A stretch of 64,000 nt of DNA. Origin: the human T2T-CHM13v2.0 reference genome, Homo sapiens. The stretch lies in assembly GCF_009914755.1 (NCBI RefSeq), contig NC_060929.1; one strand, written 5' to 3'. Made by a program: the position numbers and the translations under genes. This document shows positions 41,321 to 56,654 of this stretch, piece by piece. The notes under the pieces were generated by a model that ran no database searches, had not been told where the DNA came from, and saw nothing but the letters and a program-made list of their open reading frames with translations. Position 1 is the stretch's first letter; every line of letters starts with the position of its first letter.

Positions 41321-41755
41321 AGGTGGATGGTGAGGGGCGGGCCTGGCCTGGGTGGACAGTGAGGGACGGGCCTGGATGGGGTGGACTGTGCGGGTTGGGG
41401 CTGGTCGGGGTGGACTGTATGGGTTGGGCCTGGCTGGGATGGACAGTGAGGATCAGGCCTGGCCGGGGTGGATAGTGAGGGATGGGCCTGACCAGGGTAG
41501 ACAGTGTGGGTTGGGTCTGGCCGGGGTGGACGGTGAGGGGTGGGCCTGGCCGGGGTGGACCATGAGGGGCGGGCCTGGCCGGGGTGGACGGTGTGGGGTG
41601 GGCCTGGCCGAGGTGGACAGTGAGCGAGGGGCCTGGCTGGGGTGGACTTTGTGGTTTGTGCCTGGCTGGGGTGGACAGTGAGGGTTGGGCCTGGCTGGGG
41701 TGGGCAGTGAGGAACTGGCCTGGCTGGGGAGGACTGTGCAGGTCAGGCCTGGCCA
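41321..41755. repeat. Diverged 29-bp G-rich minisatellite, ~15 copies, intron 4
   Basis: The gggcctggc(c/t)ggggtggacagtgagg motif recurs at a 29-bp period. Confidence 0.85.
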
Positions 41756-42428
41756 GGGCAAAGGGAGAAGGAGACAGAGACCCAGGAGGCTGCTGGACAT
41801 GGGATACGCTGGCATGGGAGGTGGAAAGAGGCCCAGAGACAGAAATAAAGCCATGCAGGTAAACAACAAAACAAAGTCTTGTGAAAAGCGGACGGCTGGG
41901 TCACCCTGGAGACAGGGGCTGCCTACTGAAGCCAGAGACTTCTTGCGCAGTGACACCCAGAAAGTTATCTTTTCTGGAGAGGGCAAGGGCCGGAGTGAGG
42001 CAGTTCGGCCCCATGCTATGCACAGAGGAAGGGTAGGGAGGAAGGGAGCCCAGACATGGGGCTGACTCACTCCAGAGGCGCCACTGCAGCTCCCAGAGAC
42101 TGGAGCTTGCCCACCTTCTGCACAGGGTCTGCTGTGTTCCCCATCAGCCCCCTCCCACCCTGAGCTGCCGCTGGGAGCAGCCAAGGGAGCTGCTCAGTGC
42201 CCCATCCTTGCTGAGGGCTCGCCCTACAGGAGCTTTGCTGAGCTCCTGGAGACCACCACAGTGATTCAGAAATGTGCCCCTCCAGAGCACTAAAGGGATG
42301 GAGTGCAGGAACAGATTCCCCCTCCCCGCACCCTGGGAGTCAGCAAGGGCTGGTGTCCAACCAAGGGGCTACCATGGGGGACCTGGCTGCGCCATCTCTC
42401 CCGTTCCCGAGGACCCGACTCCCACTTA

Positions 42429-42806
<378 letters not shown>

Positions 42807-43429
42807 TCAAACATGCAGGGAAGGCCCGTGAAAGGCCTGAGACCAGATTTCACACTGTGACCACAGAGAAGAAGCTGCCCACTCCCCAAAACCATGCACT
42901 CCTACACAAGGACTTTCAGGGTGTCTCTGAGAGACATCCAGAGCCAGCAAGGTCACCCAGAGCTATGGCGAGTATCCAGGGCCACCCTTATGCACCCAGA
43001 GACCCCCAGGGACACCAAGGTCACCCCCAGCCACATATGGTCATCCATCCCCACCACAGCCACTCAGGATCCATAAGAGTCATCCAGGATCATTGAGGCC
43101 ATCTAGGGGGTACTCTGGGTGACCCAGGGCAACCCAACTCATGGTTAACCAGGGCTATCAGGCCCATGTGAAACCATCAGAATCATCCACGGCCACCCAG
43201 AAGCACCCAGGGCTACCTAGGGAGCCCATGCAAATAGGGCCATCAAAGGTCATCTAGGGTTACCCAGGAACACCCAGTGTCTCCCAGAGCCATCAAGACT
43301 GCCAATAGTCACTAAGGGACACCTGGGGTCCTTGACAGCCATCCACAGCCACCAGGCTCATTCAGGACTATGGAGGGCACCCAGGACCACATATGGCCAC
43401 CCAGGCTAATCCAGGGCCACTTTGAGTCG

Positions 43430-44040
43430 CAAAGGGCCATCCATGGCCATCCACAGCCATCTCCATTCATCCACAACTATCCACGGTCAGCTATAGCCAT
43501 CCTCAACCATTCATGGCCATCCACGGCCATCCACATCCATCCGCAGCCATCCACAACCATCCATCCATCCACAGCCATCCACAGTCATCCATGGCCATCC
43601 ACATCCACCCCTGGCCATCCACAACAATCCACTGTCATTCACAACCATCCACAGCCATCTACAGACATCCACAACTATCCATGGTCATCCATAGCCATCC
43701 ACAACCATTCATGGCCACCCACATCCATCCACGGCCATCCACAACCATCCATCCATCCACAACCATCCACAACCATCCACACCCAACCACAACCATCCAC
43801 ATCCATCCACAGCCATCCATAGTCATCCATGGCTGTCCACAACCTCCCACATCCACCCGGCCATCCACAACAATCCATTGCCATTCAAAACCATCCACAG
43901 CCATCTACAGACATCCACAGCCATCCACAGCCATCTGCATTTGCCCATAACTATCTACGGCCACCCATGGCCATCCACAGCCACCCATGGCCATCCAGAG
44001 CCATCCATAGCCATCTATGGCCATCTGTGGCCATCTATAG
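43430..44040. repeat. Degenerate (CCATCCACAG/A)n ~10-bp repeat, intron 3
   Basis: Recurrent ccatccacag/ccatccacaa; degenerate flanks extend to ~42930-44350. Confidence 0.85.
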
Positions 44041-44939
44041 CTGCTCATGCCTCTCCTGCAAGACTACTCAGAAGAGTCATCTGAGCTCATTTACAGCCAT
44101 GTGGAGCCATCCAAGGTCACACTACCCATGCATGACCATCCAGGGTTTCCTAGAATCACCCAGGGCCACGTAAGACCACCAGGGTCCACCCAGGGCAGGT
44201 AAGATCATCCAGGGCTTCCTTGGGCCACCCAGAGCCTTGCATGACTATGAAGGACTACTCAGAGCCATGTTTGACCTTCCGAGGCCTTCCAGGGCCATGC
44301 AAGACCATCAAGGACCAGCCAGGGCCATCCATGGCCATGCAATGCCATCCACGGTCTTTTAGAGTGTCCTTTCCAGGATCACAGACCTGGAATTTGGGAT
44401 CCATCATTTATGGGGTCTCCTGGTAAACTGGAACAGAACTCAGTGGTCAGCAGTCTTTGGAGTGGTGTCAGCCTGACTGGTGGGCAGATGGGCCTGGTGG
44501 TCAGATGACTTCCTCCTTGTTCACTGCTGGATGGGCACCATCACGTTCTTGCTACTGGGGTTCACTTTACTAAGCTCCAGGAAGAATTTTTTTCATTTCC
44601 ACATTTCTTCTCAGTTTACTGACATGATTAGTTTGGGTACAACTTTGATTTACTTTATTAAAACCCAGTAGGCACCATGCCGTCTTGCCTGTTCATGGCC
44701 GGGGTAGGAGCATACCTTCAAGGTGACTTTTGCAGGGGGTGGCCTGGGTTGCTTTTTATAGTCTCAATCCTTAGGAGAAGCTGTTCTCATGCTCAGGGCA
44801 CCTCAGTAAAGTTCTCTTCCTACCTTGAAAGCAAAAAGAAGACTCAAAACTTTGTTTTAAACAAATCTAAGATCAGGAGTGCGGGTAATCCCCCTTGGAA
44901 AGCATGCTCAGTAGTGGTGACGATGAAAGCCAAGCTGCT

Positions 44940-45151
44940 GCCTTTGGAAGGTCTTCTCCTATGTGGATCTGGTCCATATTAAATAATTCTGTATTGCAGT
45001 CTGTCATGGATTGCCTTTGAAAAGCCTTCTCCCATATGGATCTGGTCCATATTAAATAATTCTGTATTGCAGTCTGTCACGGATTGCCTTTGGAAGGCCT
45101 TCTCCCACGTGGATCTGGTCCATATTAAATAATTCTATATTACCGTCTGTC
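44940..45151. repeat. 73-bp tandem repeat, ~2.9 copies
   Basis: gccttt(g)gaa..tggatctggtccatattaaataattct at 44940, 45013 and 45086. Confidence 0.9.
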
Positions 45152-45645
45152 CGGAGTCCCTTAGGAGAGAGGCTGGGTTGTGATCCACAGTGAACTCACC
45201 CAGGCAGCCAGGTTGGGAGCCACACTGTCGGTGAGCCACATTGTTTCCAGAGAGCACTGTGGAGGGTTTTCCATGGTGGTAACTGACAATGGATGCCCAA
45301 TTTGAAAATTTTTCAAGGTTAAAACTTTCTGTATCAAGTCCTTAGCTTGAAACCCTGGGAAGTCCTTGATCAAACAACACCAGAGTGGATCCCAATCCAG
45401 AGTCCGAAGGAAGGGCTGAGTGTACCCTGGGTCCTTCCAGAGCCACTGCTTTTGTTTCCTGCCCTGCACCACAGATTGGCAGGGCCACCATGGGAGCATG
45501 ACATCACCATGGCCACTGTGCATGACATCACCACTGGCCACACTGGCTGATGCGGCTCCCAGAGCAAATGGGCCTGCTCTGATCCATGGGACAGTGCAGC
45601 CCCCACACCAGAGTCCCCCTTACCAAGAGGACCCCTCCTGGTTGA

Positions 45646-46094
45646 GGATGCTTCCCTGGGCACCTGGGTGAGGAAATGGCTCCCTTGAACAGTGGTGGCC
45701 AGTCCCCTCCTGGATGCTTCCCTGGGCACCTGGGTGAGGAAATGGCTCCCTTGAACGGTGGTGGCCAGTCCCCTCCTGGATGCTTCCCTGGGCACCTGGG
45801 TGAGGAAATGGCTCCCTTGAACGGTGGTGGCCAGTCCCCTCCTGGATGCTTCCCTGGGCACCTGGGTGAGGAAACAGCCTTGAACGGTGGTGGCCAGTCC
45901 CCTCCTGGATGCTTCCCTGGGCACCTCGGTGAGGAAATGGCTCCCTTGAACAGTGGTGGCCAGTCCCCTCCTGGATGCTTCCCTGGGCACCTGGGTGAGG
46001 AAATGGCTCCCTTGAACGGTGGTGGCCAGTCCCCTCCTGGATGCTTCCCTGGGCACCTGGGTGAGGAAATGGCTCCCTTGAACGGTAGTGGCCA
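45646..46094. repeat. Intron 3 VNTR, 66-bp units (one 63-bp), 7 copies
   Basis: ggatgcttccctgggcacc at 45646, 45712, 45778, 45844, 45907, 45973 and 46039. Confidence 0.95.
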
Positions 46095-46935
46095 CTGTCA
46101 GCACTGGCCAGGCATTCGGTTGCTCCAAGCCCTGCCCTTCAGGAAGGCAGAGCCCGTGACCTGGGCCACTGACGTGTAGCCCCTCACCAACCAGCCAACT
46201 TCACCACGAGCTCCTCAAGCTCACCGAAGGCCCAGACGCAGGAAACCCACTACCCTGTTGGCTACAGAACCTTCTAGTGATCTCTGCTCATGACATCACT
46301 GTGGGCTCCAGATGAAGCTTCACCTGACACATTTCTTAAACACCATTTAGTGACACGGGAGACTGTCTCCCCAAGGAGGTGGCAGGCAAAGTCCCTGCTC
46401 GCGTTTCCAGGGAAAACATTCATGAGAACATGGCGCTTCCCTTCCCTCCTGTCTGACTCCCAGGAAGCTCGGCGCTAAGTGTGAATTTCAAGCATAGCTT
46501 TTAAGGCCCATTTCCTTAAATTTATTTTTGCTTAGTATCTTTTTCTTTATATTAACCTTGTGTGTAGTTTGTTTTGTGTTTGAGAAATCACACTAAAATA
46601 TGACTGACTATAAAATATTTTATATTCAATACAATCGAATGGTGGGGTTTCCAGGGCGTCTGTAAAATGGGGTTGCCCTTGGCAATGAAACCGAAACCTG
46701 ACAAACAGAAGCTGGCTGAGGGTCGTGCCTGCAAATGGTGCTTCGCCCACCAGAGCACGGCCACCCTGCCCCACCCCTGAACACCAGTACACCCCAGGGC
46801 ACCCACGAGAGCTGGCTTCAGGAGAGGGTGTTGTCAACGCATGCACGGATCCCGCTGGAGGAAGCCTCTGGTGGAGCAGCCCCTCCATACCTCACAGGAG
46901 GCATCAAGCAGGTCTTTGGAAGAAAGACGGGAGAG

Positions 46936-47473
<538 letters not shown>

Positions 47474-50077
47474 TTAAAGACCCACCTCTCAGGACCCTGG
47501 GGTGCACTGCGGGGCTGAAGGCCCCAGAGGCCCCTCTGGCTGTGGTGCCCATCCCAAGCTGCTCTGGTGAGACTACGGGAAATGCACGTGAGTCATGGCT
47601 GCTGAGCAGCTGGGCCTCACCATGAACTCCGCCCTCTGGCTTTCAAGGGTGGATCTTGGCTCCCAGTTAGGAGCAGGGAGCAGCTCGCAGGTCTGCAGGA
47701 GGGGAAGGGCCAGGAACAACCAGGCTTCCTGGAGAGCTGGCTTCATTTCCCCATGGAATTGCCACCTGCTCAGGGCTGGATGGCCTTTTAGCTCCACAAT
47801 GATTGTTGTGGGCACTTTAGCTGATGTCTTAATTTACCACGTGGCACTTCTATTCAATGAGACATGAAAACGTATGCATTTTTATTAACCAGATTTTTAA
47901 AAAGGACAAAGGCACATGTATCAGGGTGCCGGGGGTGCATGGTGTACATCTGATCTCATAAGCAATGTCAGTCTCCTCTAAACTGGCATCCTGCGCTTGA
48001 CAGGTAGGCAGAACAAACGGGACACTGGCACCGGAACCTGCAGCGTTACTGAGATTCAACAACTCAAGGTGTCTCGTCTCTAAAAAGAAGTCCAGCTTTC
48101 TTGCACTGATTCATCTATCCCTTCGTGGGTCGAACAGTTCACTTTCTGTGATTTGCAATTTTCCTTCCTCACCAGGACTAGGTGAGTGTGAACAAGCTCT
48201 TCCCAAGATCCGCCCGCAGGGCCACGAGCCTTCCTTCCTGCGGCCACACTTTGCAGCCCTCCTCTGGGACTAGTCTTCAGAACGAAGCTGGCGGCATGGA
48301 ATGCGGGATTGTGGGCACAGGGTCTGTGACACAGAGGAGACGACTGCCCAGCTTACCCCGGCTGCGCATTGTGGAGAACACGATGATATGCCCACATCCG
48401 CCGGCTGCATTTCTTCAGAACGAGGTGCCACTGCTCACGCTGATGGAAGTCAGAGGTTCTCTACTAGCCCAAGTTGAGTTGGTGCTCTGAAATTCTTAGA
48501 AATTGCTTCTTGACATTTTATGGACTACACCATGAAGACCCACAACGGCAGCTTTGTTGGTGAACATCCTTTCTGTGTGACAGACGGAAGGAAATGAGCT
48601 CTTATCTGCGGACCTACAGGTCCCTTTTTCTCCTGCCCTCCTCACCTGAATCCTGCACGTGAAGAGGTGATTTAACTTGCTCCAACACCAGGCTCACTGG
48701 CGGGAGTGGGGCACAGGGCTGTGCCTTGTAAGACACTTGTGACAGACTCCAGGGTGGCTCTTGAAAATCCAGCAAAGCACAGTTGGATGTCGCTGCAGCC
48801 TGTGCCAGAGCACAATGTCATCTTTCCTCAGTTTCCCCTACCCCAGTGGGCCGGCTTCATCTCTGACTCAGCATCCCAAGGCTCTGAGCCCTCAGATACT
48901 CTCCAACACGGACCACGGTGCAAGCTCAGCATCGCTTACGACTGCAGGCTCAGAGGCAGCACTCCTCTCTGAAACACGTCCGTGCCGCTGGCCAGGGCCA
49001 GGCAGGACACAGGTAACGCGTGTGTCTTGAACTGTTAGCCTGGGTTCACTGCAACGCCGGATTTGACACGCGCCCCTGTCTGTCTGTAACAACAGGCCTG
49101 GGTCTTCCGTTGGCTGCTGCATTCTTCCATTGGGGACCTGATATCAGGGACCTGACGACGGGGACGGAGGCATGTTCTGAGCAATTCTTGTACGGTTTGA
49201 CTTCTACCTGCAGATCCCGCCAAGGGGTCGTCTGGCACCAGTGCATGCCCAAAGCATCTGTCTCTCACTCTGAAGATGTGTGTGGGGTGGGGGTGGGGGT
49301 GGGGGTGGGGAGGGAGGCCTCTTTTTGTAGCTCCATTTCAGTGCAGTCCAGTGAATGTGGAGCCCAGGAAGAAATTACTGAAGTCATAAGATTCACTAAG
49401 CAGCCCATTAAGAACGAATGAGTCTCGTGCCTGGGAAGAACCATCACACCTGTCCAGTCTCAGCATTTCCACGGCTGCGAGACTGACTTCTCCTCCTGGA
49501 GCCTGACCTCAGCAGCTGTGAAATGCCATCTGTTCCCTCTCCTAAGGGAGGTCAGCGGCTCGCCTCTGAAGGCCCACCCCTGACCCATTGGTAATGCGTC
49601 CTGGGGCCGTGCTGGGCTCGGCTGTCTTCTAAACACACAGCTTTTCCAGAACTTCTATGAGTATCCAGAGGCTGACCTTCTAGTAGTCATTTTCTTAATG
49701 CCAATTTTCTGAGTGGTGCCTCTGAGTAAATGCCTGAATCCTCCCTGAACCACCAGCCCCTGAGAGGTGGCTTTGGCCCACTGGGCAAGTGTGACCTGCG
49801 TGCAGGGATTGGGGAGTCAGAAACGTCTGGGATCAAATCCCACTCTGCTCTGATGGGGACACCAGGGGGAACGACCCCGGCCCTCTGGTCCTCAGCATCT
49901 GCATCTCCAACACAGAGACCTAGTGTGTGCCCTTCCCAGGGTCTCATGAAGATGGAGTCAGAAATGCTGGGAGAGGGCTTGGTGCTGGGCAGGCCACCTG
50001 CACTCAACACGAGGTGTGTCCATTTCATGGTGCCAGAGCAGGACATCAGCAGCCGGAAAGGTTCAGTGACAACTAGA

Positions 50078-51050
50078 TGGATCAATAGCTAGTAGATAGG
50101 TGGATAGGTCGATAGGTGGATGGATGGATTAATCCATACATAGATGAATGGATGGATGGATGGAACAATGGATAACAGATGGATGAATGGATAGATGAAT
50201 AGATAGAAGATGGATGGATGGATAGATCCATAGATAGATGAATGGATGAATGAATGGATGGATGGATAGATAGATGGATCGATAGGTAGATGGATGGATC
50301 AATAGATAATGGATGGATGGATGGATGGATGGATGATAGATCCATAGATAGATGAATGGATGGATGACTGGATGGGTGGATGAATGGATTGATAGGTGGA
50401 TGGATCAAAAGAAAATAGATGGATGAATGGGTAGATGACAGACGGGTGAATAGATGATTGACAGATAATAGATAGATAGAATTGTGGGATGTGTCCCTCC
50501 CCCAAGTTCATCTGTTGAAGTTCTAACCCCCCAAACCTCAGAATGTGACTTTATTTAGAGACAAGGTCTTTACAGAGGTGATCAAGTTAAAGTGAGGTCA
50601 TTAGGGTGTCCCTAATCCAACAGGACTTCTGGCCTCATAAAAACGGGGAATTTGGTTACAGAGATATGCATAGAAGCAAGAAGTATAAAGAGGCACAGGG
50701 AGAAGACAATCTCTGAGACAAGGAGAGAGGCTAGAACAGATGCTTCCTCACAGCCTCAGAAGAAATCAACCCTACAGACACCTTGATCTTGGACTTCCAG
50801 CCTCCAGAGCTGTGAGACAATAAACGTGTGCCTTTTAAGCCTCCCAGTTTGTGTCATTTGTTACAGCAGCCACAGGAAACAGATACAGATAGATGATGAT
50901 GATAGATGGATGGATTAGGTAGATAGGTAGATAGATGGGTGAATGATTGATATAAAGACCAATAATAAAGATAGATAATGGATAGATAGATAACAGATGA
51001 TTGACGGATGGACCGATGGATGATAGGTAGATGGCAGATCCATAGATAGA
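50078..51050. repeat. (TGGA)n/(TAGA)n tract on both sides of an MLT1 LTR
   Basis: Tetranucleotide repeats at 50078-50480 and 50888-51050. Confidence 0.85.
50483..50887 (+). mobile_element. MLT1 (ERVL-MaLR) solo LTR, MLT1B/C-like
   Basis: acctcagaatgtgac...aagttaaagtgaggtcattagggtg...gacaccttgatcttggacttccagcctccagagctgtgagacaataaa...ttgttacagcagcc. Confidence 0.88.
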
Positions 51051-51273
51051 CATGTGTTTTATCTTAACTACATTTTAGCATCTTGACAAAGTAACACCAC
51101 AAATGAATTGCAGGACCCTCACCTAGAGCAAGGGAATGAACTATCCAGTCCTTGTCACTGCAGATCTTTAAGGTGGGACCCAAGTTCAAGTGGCGTGTGC
51201 CATGCCTGTGTCTTAGCAAAGCAGGGCTGGATGCCCATGATGCGGCTGGCTTGCTTTGAAAGCTCCAGCGTCA

Positions 51274-51693
<420 letters not shown>

Positions 51694-52790
51694 TCAAACC
51701 CAAGAGCAGCACAGGGAGGCCCTGCCCATGCTCAGCGGTGCTCTAGGTACTATCCTTCCCCGTGGTGGTTCGGGGTGCCCTTCCCTGGCCTGCGTCCCCC
51801 CACTTTGCCCTGATCCTCTTTGCCTCTTGAGTTGTGAATCTGTGACCCCCCAACTCTGCCCCTGAGCTGAGTGGGCCCTGCCGTCCTGTCCCCAGCTTCT
51901 GGGGCCCTCAGAGGCTGCCCCTATTGACTGTGGCTGAGGGTCTTTGCTGCCCCAGGTGCTGGGAGCCCCTCCAGGGTAAGGCCTAGTTCCTCTGAAACCT
52001 GCACCTCCCCCACCCCCAGCACAAAGCCCAGGGAACCCTGGTCTCAACCTCCTAAATTCCCTCTGCTCCCCTGGTCTGACTGGAGTGAGGGAGAGCTTTG
52101 CCACTCTCTCTCCTGGGGAAGGGGAGGGGGAGGCATGGGGCCCCTCAGCTCTGTCTTTGGGCAACTTCCTGTACCTGCTGAGGCCTCTGTCTTCCCCTCT
52201 TCAAGATGGGCATAAAAATGCCAGCCTCCTCGCAGGCATCCTGTGAGGCTTCCCCCCAGATTCTTCCCCAGGCCTCCCTTCCCAGACCTAGCATAGAGGC
52301 CAATGAGGGAGGCCAGGCAGGGAGGCTGGGAGGCCCAAAGAGGCTCCTGGGAAGGGATCACCAATGTTCTTGGACGTCCCCGGTGGCCCTGCCTCGATCT
52401 TCGCTTTCTGGCTCTGTGGCTGGGTTCTGGAGGGTGCAGGGGACACAGTCACTTTCCAGGGGCCTCCTCTGCCACTCCAGGCTCCAGGGCCTCCACATGC
52501 TTTGCAAAGGCTGCCAAAGTCAGCCGCAGGCTGTTCTTTGGACCTTTGAGAATTTTCTTTCCAAAGCGAAGATAGCCTCTGGAAACAGGAGGCAGAGCCA
52601 AGCTGCCCCGTCTGCCGCCCCCCACCCCCCAGCTTCTTCGCGGGCCTCCCTTTCCTAAACTCTGAAATGCAGGCGTGGGACAAGGCAGCTCCGAGTCCTG
52701 CTCAATGGTTTTGTGACATCCTCTGGGAGGATCTGCACCGGCCGTGAGCTCTCACAGGGAGCTCCGTCTTCACGCATGGGAACAGCTTCA

Positions 52791-53252
<462 letters not shown>

Positions 53253-53630
53253 TCAGCAGCCAGGGCTAGGGACATACCTGGTGCGGAGGGCAGAGCCCCG
53301 AGGCATTCACGGGCATTCCTCTGGGAAGGGATGGGTGCGTTCTCAGCGCCTGAGATGGTACAGCTGGGGCACGGGAGCTGGGAAGTGCCAGCCCTCACCA
53401 CAGGGCTGGGGCACTGGCCCATGGAGGCCTCAAGACAGACACTCTGGTTTGCCTCTCCTTCCCCTGCACCCCTCCCCACTCCTATCAAAGTGCAAGGCTG
53501 TGTGAGCTCTAGCGTGGCTTTCTACTAACAATGCATGGATATCACTTCCACCTTCCCCCACACTTCCAGAGAGCAATCTTACAATCTTCTAAGAGCATTC
53601 AATAATGTCTTCATGACTGTTCATCTGTAT

Positions 53631-53962
53631 TCTTTTTTCTTTTTTTTTTCTTTTTTAACATGAGGTCTCGCTCTGTCACCCAGGATGGAATACAGTTGTG
53701 ATTACAACTCACTGCCTCAACCTCCTAGGTTCAAGTGATCCTTGCACCTCAGCCTCCTGAGCAGCTGAGACTACAGGTGTGCACCACAGCACCGGCTAAG
53801 TTATTTTTGTGTGTGTTTTTTTGTTGTTGTTGTTGTTTTCTTGTAGAGACAGGGTCTGACTATTGTTGCCAAGGCTGGTTTTGAACTCCTGGTCTCAAGC
53901 GATCCTCCTGCCTCAGCCTCCCAAAGTGCTGAGATGACAGGCATGAGCCACCAAGCCTGGGC
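53631..53962 (-). mobile_element. AluJ in intron 1
   Basis: Poly-T; gaactcctggtctcaagcgatcctcctgcctcagcctcccaaagtgctg. Confidence 0.92.
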
Positions 53963-54311
53963 TTGTATTGTTTATACTCAGTAATAAAGAGCAAAATTTA
54001 TATAAGCAAAATCAGCCACTGTAAAGAGAGTTTAGACATAACCATCACAACTGCTTCCTCAAAAAGTGTCTGTACAAGCCACATCCACCTAGGGCAGGTG
54101 GCACCACCCCGCGTGAGAGAGCTGGGCGGAGGATGGACAGGGCTTCATCGCGGGAACTAGCTCCTGGGCCAGCAGGGTAACCCGGGAAATCCTGTCCAAA
54201 CGGCTACATAAACCCCCCTGCAACGCTGAGCAGGAGAGCAGGAGCGTCTACACCGCCCCAGCCAGGGCGACTTCTGGCATTTGGATCCAGCAGCAGCGTG
54301 TTTCAGTCGAG

Positions 54312-54442
54312 CGCACGCACACACAGACACACAGACACACACAGACTCACAAACACACATACACACTCACACACACACAGGCGAGCACATACACTTACAC
54401 ACATACACACTCACACTCACACAGGTGCGCACACACACACAA
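54312..54442. repeat. Imperfect (CA)n, intron 1
   Basis: cacacagacacacactcac run. Confidence 0.85.
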
Positions 54443-55312
54443 CGACTGAAGCAGGTCGCAGGTGGAGGCTCTAACAGGCAACTTTCCCTGCATCCAAGTT
54501 TGCACAAAACCTCACCCATGAGCTATCACGAGCTATGCCACGCACCCGGTGACAACCTCAACCGGCACGACCCCTCCGGTGGGTAAAACACCCGACGAAG
54601 GGGTTCCGCGGCGCGAGCAGGAGGCCGCGTTGGGAGAGGGCGTCGGGTGCGGAGCTCGCGAGTCTCCGGCAAGCCGCCGCCGCCCTGGGGCCACCTGACC
54701 CCGCTCCTGAACGCGGGGCCTCAGAGGCGAGTTTTGGGTCTACACAGCAAAATGTGGCCCGTTAGAAAGCGTCCTTCCTCACCGCGCCCAGAACAAGAAG
54801 CGGCGCTGCCTGGCGAGTCCTCGCCCGGCCTCCCCGCCCTGCCCAGAGCACCAGCGCGCAGCCCGCGCCCGCCACCACCCCCAACACAGACAAAGCCCCC
54901 GCGAGATGGAGCGGCGGTGTACAAAACCCACTCCGATCGGATCTGGGATGCGCCGCACCCCTAGTAGGGTTAAGTTCCACGAGAAGAAACCAGGACCCCC
55001 GAGTCACAGCCATAGACACCCACGCGTCCCCTAAGCCGGTGACTGCACCAGGTGCCCACCCGGTTCTGAGCCTGGAGCGGGGCCAGGGGCAGCCCTGCAC
55101 CCTCCTCGCGCCTCGGACGGCCTCAGGGTCCCATGTGGCGCTATCGGGGGGCGCTCGGCACCCGCGACTGTTGGCGACTTTGGAGACGGCGCGGTCTGCG
55201 GGACGCGGGGACCCCAGACTGTGCCCGGCCCCCGGCCCCCGCCCCTGCGCCCCACTTCGGGGTCTGCGGAAGGAGCGGGGCGCCCCGATGCCGCGAGCGA
55301 CGCTGGCCTCAC

Positions 55313-55393
55313 CTGGCCGCCCGGGCCTGGGCTTTGCACGCGAGTCCTGGCGCCGAGAGCGTTCCGCGAAGCCTCCCCTCCCGCTCCGCAGCG
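55313..55393 (-). other. SLC6A3: Non-coding exon 1 (5'UTR)
   Basis: Minus strand reads cgctgcggagcgggagg...gggcggccag|gtgagg (donor GT at 55312-55311), matching my recollection of the DAT mRNA 5' end. The TSS is uncertain by about 10-15 nt. Confidence 0.85.
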
Positions 55394-55420
55394 CTGGGCG
55401 GTCTCAGCCTCGGCCTCGGG

Positions 55421-55530
55421 CTCTTATCCAGTAGACAGGGTCCGCCCCGCCCCGCCCTCCCGCCGTCGGGGTCGCCCTCGCGTCCTGGCTCCTCCTCCTC
55501 ACCTCCCCGGGCCGCGCCCCCGCCCCCGCC
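55421..55530 (-). promoter_or_regulatory. Core promoter: TATA-like GATAAGAG at about -30 and clustered Sp1/Sp3 GC boxes; no canonical TATA
   Basis: ctcttatcc at 55421-55429; CCGCCC repeats at 55442-55457 and 55514-55530. Confidence 0.7.
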
Positions 55531-56654
55531 TCCCGGACGCAGATGGCTGGGAGCAAGCGGCGGCCACGGCTCCACTGTCCTGCGCGTCCCGGAGCCTCGG
55601 ACACGGGGTGCGGGGGCCTGGGGGTCCGAGACGTCGCGGATCTAGACGGGCGCCTTCCACGCGGGAACTGTCTGGGCCGCCCTGCGCCCTCGCCCGCACC
55701 CCTGGGGGCTGCCCCGGGCACCCGCTATCTTCGGACGCCCAGGGCTGGCGGCTCCCAGCTGGACGGGGAGGGAGCCGAGCGGCTGCGCGCGGGGAACTGC
55801 TGGGACCCCGTCGGGCCGACCCTTCCCTCCCTCCCCATCAGGGGCCCCTACGGTGGCCCCGCGCTCTGGGGACCACGTCCCTCCCACCCCGCCGCTCCAC
55901 GCTCTGACCAGCGGGCTCGGGACCCCGCCGAGGACTCTGCACGCTTCCCGGCGTGCGGGCTGCGGAGACGCGGGTCCTTCCGTGGCCTTGGGGTCTCCGC
56001 GACCTCGAGGCGACCGAGGTCCCCTAGGCCTAGTCCCCGCCTTGCCGGCATCTAGTGCGCCTGCATCGGAACCGAGGGGCCCGCCTCGCACTCGCCTAAG
56101 AAAACCATTTCCCGGGACGGGCCTGGAAAGCCCTGGCGGTTGGTATCCGGCTCCAGGGCCGAATGGACTCCGAGGCTTTCCTTCCGAGATGCCCGGGCGG
56201 GATTTCTTCCATTCAGCGCGCGGAGGAATGGAGCCCCCGGGCCGCCAAGGCCCAGGATGTCCAGGTCCTTAGAAGGCACCGAGGTGAGTGGCCGCGCCCA
56301 GCTCTGTGCGTCGCCCCTAGGGTCGCCCGAACCCCGGCGTTCCTCCCCGTGTACCCTCGATGCTCCCGTGAGCACCCTGCCCTGGGCGTCCAGGCGAGCC
56401 CTGGGGCTCTCCAGCCATTCCAGCCTGCAGCCCGCGCTCAGCAGTGAGGGAGGCAGGGACCCTTGGTGCCTGACTCCGCAGTACCCGCCCGCAGCGCGGT
56501 GCCCCACCCCCTGCGCCCGCCCCGCACTCCCCGCACACCACCACTCCCCTCCCCGCCCCCCGCTCCCCGGCTCCCCGGCTCCGGGGCTGGCACCCAGGCA
56601 GAAGGCACTCAGGGCTGTGACTTCACGCTGAGTTGGAATCAAGTGGGAGCCTAG

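Larger units (their letters stand above)
54540..56600. promoter_or_regulatory. SLC6A3: CpG island spanning promoter, exon 1 and proximal intron 1
   Basis: Very high GC and dense CpG by eye; boundaries approximate. Confidence 0.9.

Noticed and set aside
55031-56654. Many overlapping Pro/Arg/Gly-rich ORFs around the promoter
   Set aside because: Expected from stop-codon scarcity in a CpG island; no recognisable protein.
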